6,011 nucleotides of DNA from Octopus sinensis (taxonomy: Eukaryota), in the NCBI RefSeq assembly GCF_006345805.1, contig NW_021829573.1, forward strand, positions 1 to 6,011. The letters are read 5' to 3'. Both the position numbers and the translations under genes were made by a program. The notes under the pieces were generated by a model. That model did no database searches. It saw only the letters and a program-made list of their open reading frames with translations, and was not told where the DNA came from. Positions 1 to 6,011 of this stretch are shown here, piece by piece (within the stretch, counting starts at the first letter, position 1; the number at the start of each line of letters is the position of its first letter).

Positions 1-331
1 CGTCATAGCCATGTTGTTGAGAAGGATTCTTTGGGTTTTGAATAATTCACCTCTGGAAACATGGGTGTTTCGTTCAACGTCCTTAAACAACCCTTATTCA
101 GGGACCTTTTGAGCGGGATGGGTTATTCGATCTGAAGAAAATTCTAACTGGGCTCCACCTGCAAGGTCATGTGCTGTTATCTTGATATGAAATCACCATG
201 TCGCGCACATATGGTTGTGATGCACATGCCTGGTGTACCCTTATCACACGGGTAGTCATGATGGGTATACTGGGGTTCGTATATTTTGCCCCAGTGTCAC
301 TTTGATCGCATGCTCTGCTCGCTCACTCATG
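1..331 (+). mobile_element. Putative 3' part of a retroposon (SINE-like or LINE 3' UTR) ending in an (AAT)n tail; 5' end outside the window
   Basis: Non-coding and more GC-rich than the surrounding DNA. Serial hairpins: TACCC/GGGTA at 236-254 and ATACTGGGG/CCCCAGTGT at 267-297. Runs directly into (AAT)n at 332. Element identity is inferred from this architecture only. Confidence 0.35.
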
Positions 332-382
<51 letters not shown>

Positions 383-423
383 GTAACAATAATAATAATA
401 ATATTAATAAAATAATAATAATA

Positions 424-460
<37 letters not shown>

Positions 461-500
461 TAATAATAATAATGATGATGATAATGATAATAATATAATA
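332..500. repeat. Imperfect (AAT)n microsatellite, ~170 bp
   Basis: Direct: ataataataat... with occasional AGT/AAC/GAT variants. Explains the poly-I and poly-N ORFs 233..415 and 286..498. Confidence 0.98.
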
Positions 501-1426
501 GTAATTATAAATACATAGGACACTCTACGAATAAATGGCAGACAGTGCTACAGCTCCAAACAAACAGGGACTGTGAAACCAAAGCCATCCCCATTAGAAG
601 AGGAATATTCCAGGGAGACACGCTCTCATCACTCCTTTTTTTCTGCTTGGCACTGTAACCTCTATCTGATATGCTAAACAGAACTTGATGCGGATATAAA
701 TGTTACGGCAAAACGATCAGCCACCTTTTATATATGGATGACCTAAAAGTATATGCTACAAATGACAAACAGCTGGAAACACTACTAAAGACACTTCATG
801 GATATTCCAAAGAAATAGATATGAAATTTGGATTAGAGAAATGCGCCAAAGTAGCCCTGAAAAGAGGAAAACTAGTTAAGAGTAGCAACATCACACTAGA
901 TAAAGCCAATGAAATAAGAGGATTAGACCAGAGCCAAACTTACAAATACTTAGGTATCCATGAACTAGATAAGACACAACACACACAAATGAAAGAGAAA
1001 ATAAAGAAAGAATATTATAGACGAGTTAGATCAATACTGAAAACAGAGCTCAATACTAAAAACAAGATAATATGTATTAACACTTTAGCCGTCCCAGTTA
1101 TAAGTTACAGCTACAATATCCTTAACTAGACACTAAATGAACTGACCAAAATAGATAGGAAAACGAGAAAAATAATGACAGGATTTAGGATGCATCACAC
1201 AAAATCTGACATAGAAAGGCTATATATACAACGTATAGATGGTGGTAGAAGCCTTATACAGGTGGAAAACTACTATAAATAACCACTATAGACTGCAAAA
1301 ATATTTACTTCAGAAGGAACGAAAACTGATTACAAATAGCGTCAAAACACGAGCAAAACAAAAAACTGTTCTCAGTACTTAAGGAAGCTGACAAATACAC
1401 AAGAAATCATACCACCTAACAAATAT

Positions 1427-1616
1427 GAAGAAGAAGAAAGAAGAAGAAGAAGAAGAAAAAGAAGAGAAAAGAAAGAGAAGAAGAAAGAAGGAGAGGAGGA
1501 GGGGAGGAAAGAAGAAGAAGAAAGAAGAAGAAGAAGAAGACGAAGAAGAAGAAGAAAAGAAGAAAGAAGAAGAGAAGAAGAAGAAAGAAGAAGAAGAAGA
1601 AGAAGAAGAAGAAAAG
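1427..1616. repeat. Imperfect (GAA)n polypurine tract inside the retrotransposon ORF
   Basis: 190 nt of A/G only, apart from one C at 1541. Explains ORFs 1425..1622, 1372..1680 and 1379..1627. Confidence 0.98.
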
Positions 1617-1869
1617 CTATAAAACAAATGAAATCCAAACTAAAAATAGAACAGCAACGAACCATTGATAACGATGGCAAGAAAAGCCCCCTTCATGGTA
1701 AATACTGAACTAAACTAAACGCAAAAGAAATAGACGAAGAAAAATCCCAGCAATGGTTGAGAAGCTCAGGACTCAAAGCAGAGACAGAAGATTTTTAATT
1801 GCAGCACACGACCAAGCCTCCCCACCAGAAACTACCAAAAACATGTAATAAAGAAATATAACAAGTAAC

Positions 1870-1923
1870 TGCAGAATATGTGGAGATGGACAAGAAACAA
1901 TAAATCATATTATCTCTGGCTGC
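1870..1923 (+). other. CCHC zinc knuckle (C-X2-C-X8-H-X4-C) of an R2/R4-type element
   Basis: Frame 1 CRICGDGQETINHIISGC, followed by PVLAKKEYIHRHDRVGTYIHWKLC. Confidence 0.92.
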
Positions 1924-2537
1924 CCAGTCCTGGCTAAGAAGGAATATATTCACAGACACGACAGAGTTGGGACCTACATACACTGGAAGCTATGCCCACA
2001 TTATGGAATAACAACAGAAAAAGATGGTATAGGCATACACCAGAAAAGGTCATAGAAAACAAAAATGCAACCATACTCTGGGATATGCCGATACACACAG
2101 ATAGAGAAATTAAGGCCAACAGACCTGATATAGTTGTCAGAGACCATGAAGAAAATAATTTTTTTCTAATTGATGTATCAACACCAGCAGATGACAACGT
2201 GTCTCTAAAAGAAATGGAGTAACTTTCAAAATACAGAGACCTGGAAATAGAGGTAACCAGAATGTAGAATCTAAAAACAGAAACAATTCCTATCATAATA
2301 GGTTCATTAGGCATGATAACAAAATATTCAGACAAATACATAACAAAACCAGCAGGACTTACAAACACACATATAATATACAGAAAATTGCACTACTAGG
2401 CACTGCACACATCCTACGCAGCACACATTCATACAATAACCATCAGAGCATTACAACAAATCACAGCACATACCCAAGGCACACAGGACCTGCGCTCGGT
2501 AGTGAAGTGAAAGCACGCTATAAAATAAAAACTACTG

Positions 2538-2559
2538 AATAATAATAATAATAATAATA

Positions 2560-2604
<45 letters not shown>

Positions 2605-2723
2605 TGATGTAATAATAATAATAATATAATAATAATAATAATAATAATAAATAATAATATATAATAATCATAATATAATGATGATAATAATAATAATAAT
2701 AATAAATAATAATAATAATAATA

Positions 2724-2758
<35 letters not shown>

Positions 2759-2778
2759 TGTAATAATAATAATAATAA
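2538..2778. repeat. Imperfect (AAT)n microsatellite, ~240 bp
   Basis: Direct. Begins immediately after ...aaaactactg, the element's 3' end. Explains the low-complexity minus ORFs 2429..2902 and 2668..2859. Confidence 0.98.
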
Positions 2779-3270
2779 AGGTCCTAAACTGGAAGTTCCC
2801 AGGCCCGGATGATGCACAAGATAAGTATTTCCCAGCATTATATAAAAGAATAGAGGCATAAATAGATAACATGATCAAACAAAGGAGTGGAAATCTGGCC
2901 ACAGGTAAAATGGTCTTGCCAAAAGGATCCCTATAAAGCTAATCCGGTGGATAGCTGTCACCCTGTCTCCTGCCTACTCTTGATGTGGAAGTTGATGACA
3001 AGAATAATACCTTTGTGAATGACTGACAACCAGCCAGTGGAAACGAAGAGATGCAGAAGGAAAACCGGTTGGGAGTGGGTGATACAAAGGATCACCTTCT
3101 GATAATCAGAATGGTGCTGAATGACTGGATAACGTGGATCGATTATAAGAAACTGTGTGACATGATCCACCAGTCCAGGATTTAGAAAGTTTTGAGTTAG
3201 TATAGGTATGTGATAACTTCTTCATTTTTATCAGATCGATGAAGAACTGGAATACAGAGTTAACGTCATG
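2779..3270 (+). pseudogene. Second, more decayed R4/Dong-like RT fragment (N-terminal half of RT)
   Basis: Frame 3 KVLNWKFPGPDDAQ..NLATGKMVL. Frame 1 QKDPYKANPVDSCHPVSCLLLMWKLMTRII..KRCRRK. Frame 3 DTKDHLLIIRMVLND..ITWIDYKKLCDMIH. Frame 2 LESFELV*VCDNFFIFIRSMKNWNTELTS. These match the R4-type RT pattern as I know it: NWKxPGPD, G+TVL..KD, Y-R-PIxCL..MWK, KGCRR..GTKDQLLID, WIDYKKAYD. Confidence 0.85.
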
Positions 3271-3341
3271 GGAAAAGTATGGCCCTGAAAGAACACGGAA
3301 ATGGTGCAAACATGAACGACATTCTTTAATAAGAAAAGTTT

Positions 3342-3390
3342 TCACAGTGACTTTGACGTTTCGGGAAGCTAAACCTTCATCAGACTGTGA
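3342..3390 (-). ncRNA. Type I hammerhead ribozyme motif, PLE-type
   Basis: Minus strand UCACAGU-CUGAUGA-AGGUUUAGCUUCCC-GAAAC-GUCAAA-GUC-ACUGUGA. Perfect 7-bp stem I (UCACAGU/ACUGUGA), intact CUGAUGA and GAAA boxes, 2-bp stem III, GUC cleavage triplet. Stem II is weak (GG/CC only). Confidence 0.78.
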
Positions 3391-3502
3391 TATATTAATT
3401 TTAGTTTTACATAGCCTCTTCTCATAAAAAAAATTCTGGATCTTCTGTGTTTCAGTTGAATGGTAATTAGCAAATTTTCTTACGAGACTATGTACAAGCA
3501 AA

Positions 3503-3541
3503 ATGATGTTTTACCTGGCCGAAACATCGAAGTCACTGTCA
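3503..3541 (+). pseudogene. Decayed inverted copy of the 3342-3390 hammerhead motif
   Basis: Plus ATGATG----TTTTACCTGGCCGAAACATCGAAGTCACTGTCA versus minus copy CTGATGAAGGTTTAGCTT-CCCGAAACGTCAAAGTCACTGTGA. The 3' half is near-identical; the CUGAUGA box and stems I/II are broken. Confidence 0.6.
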
Positions 3542-3577
3542 GCAATATTGTTGTTTCAGAATAATGAATATGTTTTC

Positions 3578-3903
3578 CTCAAATGTGGTTGGAGCGTCGA
3601 ACTTACGGTCGTGAGGTTGTGAGTTCGATTCCCGGATCGGGCTGCGTGTTGTGTTCTTGACCAAGACACTTTATTTCACGTTGCTCCAGTTAACTCAGCT
3701 GTAGAAATGAGTTGCGATGTCACAGATGCTAATCTGTATCGGCCTTTGCCTTTTTCTTGGATAACATCAGTGCCATGGAGAGGGGAGGCTGGTATGCGTG
3801 GGCGACTGCTGGTCTTCTATAAACAATCTTGTCCGGACTTGTGCCTCCGAGGCTAACTTTGTAGGTACAATCCCATGGTCATTCATGACCGAAGGGTGTC
3901 CCC
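3578..3903 (+). mobile_element. tRNA-derived (tRNA-Arg-like head) CORE-type SINE
   Basis: Eroded A-box-like GTGGTTGGAGCG (3585-3596) and B-box GTTCGATTCC (3623-3632). Anticodon-arm-like ACTTACGGTC with ACG at 3605-3607. 3646-3711 (GTGTTGTGTTCTTGACCAAGACACTTT..CCAGTTAACTCAGCTGTAGAAATG) resembles the MIR-type CORE (TGTGACCTTGGGCAAGTCACTT..CAGTTTCCTCATCTGTAAAATG). Ends in a simple-repeat tail. Confidence 0.8.
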
Positions 3904-3904
3904 G

Positions 3905-3933
3905 ATATATATTATATATATATATATATACAT

Positions 3934-3964
<31 letters not shown>

Positions 3965-3982
3965 AATATATATATATGTGTG

Positions 3983-4023
<41 letters not shown>

Positions 4024-4064
4024 ATATACGGAGAGGGAGTGAGAGAAAGAGAGAATAAAGTAAC
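3905..4064. repeat. Compound (TA)n/(CA)n/(TG)n microsatellite followed by a short GA-rich tract
   Basis: Direct. Abuts the SINE 3' end. Confidence 0.95.
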
Positions 4065-4237
4065 AGATAATAAACCTCATTAAGGGATCATAAATCCAAT
4101 GAAAATAATGGTTAGTTACCAATCTATAGAAAATTCAAATATAAAGTAACCGTATAAACCATAGTTCATTATTTATTTAAAGGATCAGTAGAAAATGGAG
4201 AGGTAATTAATAAGACTATTTATTAATTAGTAAATAT

Positions 4238-4332
4238 GACAACATTTCTGACAGCTGTTTCGATTCAGAATTCTTTAGATAATTATTTTATAAAATTAAA
4301 ATCATAATAAAATGAATCTCTTCAGAGGTTGC
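4238..4332 (-). ncRNA. Type I minimal hammerhead ribozyme motif with palindromic stem III and a long AU-rich loop 2
   Basis: Minus strand GCAACCU-CUGAAGA-GAUUCA-(45 nt)-UGAAUC-GAAA-CAGCUG-UC-AGAAAUGUUGUC. Intact core, 6-bp stem II closed by the canonical G10.1-C11.1 pair, ACAGCUGU palindrome, GUC triplet. Stem I is 2 bp, then an AAAU bulge, then 5 bp (one G-U). Confidence 0.78.
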
Positions 4333-4392
4333 AAGGATATACCGATTAGGAATACATGTTGAGATAAAGGCTATAAAACTGTTAACTCAATG

Positions 4393-4427
4393 CACACACA
4401 CACCACACACACTACACAACACACCTA

Positions 4428-4463
<36 letters not shown>

Positions 4464-4476
4464 GATATATACATAC
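4393..4476. repeat. (CA)n + (TA)n microsatellite
   Basis: Direct. Confidence 0.95.
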
Positions 4477-4653
4477 TCAAAATTCTTTTTCAAATACCAG
4501 GCATGAATGTCTATGAGAAAGTATTATTTGAATGAGCACCGAAAGAGATGAAAGTGCCAAATGATATTTTCTACCTAAATCGTGTCTACATTCTTTTTCT
4601 TGATATAAAATCTGAGCTCTGCTACAAACAATCTATAAACACAGGCGCGGGCT

Positions 4654-4998
4654 CATACACGCACTTACACACGCACTCACGCACGCACGTACACACACAC
4701 ACATATACATGTGTTCATATACATATGTACATAAAATGCGAATACATACACATATATTTTGTTTATTTTTATATGTTAACATATACTTTGTTATAAATAC
4801 ATATATTTCTTTAATATACATCCATAAACATTTAAACATGTATGCATGTATGTCTGCATGCTTGTATATATATGTATATATATATACATATATATATATA
4901 CACATAAATATACATACATATATTTGTGTGAGTGTACATGTGTGTGTATGTGAATGTATATATATATATTCATTTGTGTGTGTATATATGCATGCACA
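4654..4998. repeat. Degenerate alternating purine-pyrimidine (CA/TA/TG) low-complexity tract
   Basis: Direct. Source of the Y/I/H/T/C/V-rich ORFs 4548..4796, 4633..4905, 4709..5011 and 4791..4997. Confidence 0.9.
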
Positions 4999-5640
4999 CT
5001 TACGAAGTTGAGTATTTTCCTTAACTATATTTACTTAATTTTCTTTTCTTTTTAGGGTCTTTTTGAGTGCTATGATCACATTTGCCAAATTTCCTTTCAC
5101 TGTTTTATATCTGCATATTATTTATGTTTGTGAAGCCTTACGCTATTTGTTCTTAATCCATTATCTCCATGTTATATGGTAAGAGCAGTAAAATATTATT
5201 AATCAAGAAAGATTAGTAACTTTAAGGTATATTAATGAGATAATTTTTCTACAGCCTTATTGCCTAATTAAATTCATTTTTGGTCTTTCCTTTTCTTTCA
5301 CAGATTTTCAGAATGATAGTATTTTCTAATGTGACATTTCACGCGAAAGGCCGTTTAAAAATAAAAAACACAAGGAAAACACTATGAATAGAATAAAAAG
5401 TAGCGTATCATTTGCATGAACTTGAAAGGTTATATTTTCAGTATATACAGTATACATTAGCAGATATTTCTGTAAGACATGAAATTTCGTCAGCAGTTAC
5501 TTTCGTTAAAAACGTAGTTATTCAATTTTTAAAATCATTATTCAGAATAACCTTGTACAATTATAAAAATTATCCCACTAAATAACTGTATTCTTTTCAG
5601 GAAGTTGATTGTGCACTTTCCGAATATAGTACGTGCGCCC

Positions 5641-5676
5641 GTACATACACACATATATAGGTACATAAGTACGCAC

Positions 5677-5717
<41 letters not shown>

Positions 5718-5786
5718 ATATAAATAGTATATAAATATATGCATATATACATACGTATATGTATATACTTACATCTATACGTACAT
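5641..5786. repeat. (CA)n/(TA)n compound microsatellite
   Basis: Direct. Confidence 0.93.
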
Positions 5787-5862
5787 GGAATATGAACTAC
5801 TTTTTCGAACAACGAGAGACACAAATGGGAAACAAGATATATATATATATCGTTTTACCATT

Positions 5863-6011
5863 GATACCAGTGGTACCTGCCCTAGATATAGAAGCAAAGA
5901 ATGGAATAGAATACAAAGAACTTGTGAAAAAGCAAACAGGGTGAACACGTGGTATAAAACCAACAAATATCAGGAGGATGCTTTTAGAGGCCACAGTCCA
6001 TGGAGAGCTAG
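5863..6011 (+). pseudogene. Probable Penelope-like element ORF fragment (region between RT and GIY-YIG), runs off the window
   Basis: Frame 1 DTSGTCPRYRSKEWNRIQRTCEKANRVNTWYKTNKYQE, then frame 2 MLLEATVHGEL. From memory this resembles the PLE motif D..G.RPLYR.K.W....R...K..K...WY..GGY.SVMFVPATPGSEL. Not verified by search. Confidence 0.45.

Larger units (their letters stand above)
509..2439 (+). pseudogene. Disrupted RT-ZnF-REL ORF of the Dong-like element
   Basis: Frame 2 from ~509: KYIGHSTNKWQTVLQLQT..IPIRRGIFQGDTLSSLLFFCLAL*PLSDMLNRT*CGYKCYGKTISHLLYMDD. Continues through track ORF 734..1129, then KIDRKTRKIMTGFRMHHTKSDIERLYIQRIDGGRSL. In-frame stops at 656, 686, 1127, 1706, 2220 and 2265. 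Frameshifts near 1278, 1292, 1331, 1399, 1670, 1690, 1790, 1816, 1860, 2020, 2370 and 2430. Probable original stop TAA at 2437-2439. Confidence 0.9.
503..2537 (+). mobile_element. 5'-truncated, inactive R4/Dong-clade (restriction-like endonuclease) non-LTR retrotransposon
   Basis: RT motifs IRRGIFQGDTLS (593-628) and HLLYMDDLKVYA (722-757). CCHC knuckle CRIC-X8-H-X4-C (1870-1923), RHD motif, NRPDIVV..LIDVS and (K)LSKYRDL endonuclease motifs. C-terminal TAHILR, then a ~100-nt 3' UTR joined to (AAT)n at 2538. Confidence 0.92.

Noticed and set aside
132-200. CTGAAGA box on the plus strand
   Set aside because: No paired stem II leading to a GAAA box, and no stems I/III.
233-498. ORFs with poly-Ile/poly-Asn runs (also the poly-K/E/S/L ORFs at 1372-1680 and 2429-2902)
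   Set aside because: Translations of (AAT)n and (GAA)n microsatellites, with no protein-like content.
1127-2267. Several stops at apparent Trp codons (1127, 1706, 2265) suggesting G-to-A hypermutation
   Set aside because: TGG is one step from two stop codons, so this is expected ascertainment bias. There is no consensus available to test it.
1795-2368. Minus-strand ORFs 1795..1983 and 1934..2368
   Set aside because: Antisense shadows of the retrotransposon ZnF/endonuclease region.
503-3270. Treating the two RT fragments as one rearranged element
   Set aside because: Their overlapping segment is too divergent (SMKNWNTELT versus STNKWQTVLQ) and their decay levels differ.
3106-3501. 131-aa minus-strand ORF spanning the first hammerhead
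   Set aside because: No recognisable GIY-YIG or RT motif. Its distal part is antisense to the Dong RT fragment. It could be a PLE C-terminus, but I cannot support that.
3578-3645. Possible tRNA gene
   Set aside because: The acceptor stem and D-arm do not fold, and the sequence continues into a CORE-like body, so it is a SINE head.
5463-5493. Hammerhead-like CUGACGA...GAAAUAUC on the minus strand
   Set aside because: No stem II and no credible stem I; likely chance in AT-rich DNA.
5030-5634. Polypyrimidine-AG acceptor-like sites (AG at 5054-5055, 5302-5303 and 5599-5600) and a possible 28-nt micro-exon 5601-5628
   Set aside because: Such motifs are common in AT-rich DNA. No convincing coding exon follows, and RNA-seq would be needed.
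1-6011. CRISPR array, rRNA, or prokaryotic or viral genes
   Set aside because: No repeat-spacer periodicity, no rRNA-like sequence and no gene-dense coding structure.

Overview
AT-rich, microsatellite-dense eukaryotic intergenic or intronic DNA with no intact host gene. The repeat landscape and SINE type suggest an invertebrate, plausibly a cephalopod such as Octopus (inference). The window is a stack of retroelement remains. (1) A 5'-truncated, decayed R4/Dong-clade non-LTR retrotransposon (RT with YMDD, CCHC zinc knuckle, PD..D restriction-like endonuclease, 3' UTR) at ~503-2537, flanked on both sides by (AAT)n and carrying a ~190-nt GAA expansion inside its ORF. (2) A second, different Dong-like RT fragment starting right after the downstream (AAT)n tract (2779-~3270). 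(3) Two type I hammerhead ribozyme motifs on the minus strand (3342-3390 and 4238-4332), of the kind found in Penelope-like elements (PLEs), plus a decayed inverted copy of the first (3503-3541). (4) A tRNA-derived, CORE-like SINE (~3578-3903). (5) A probable PLE ORF fragment at the right edge. Nearly all ORF-track entries are microsatellite translations or antisense shadows. All alignments were done by eye; nothing was searched.
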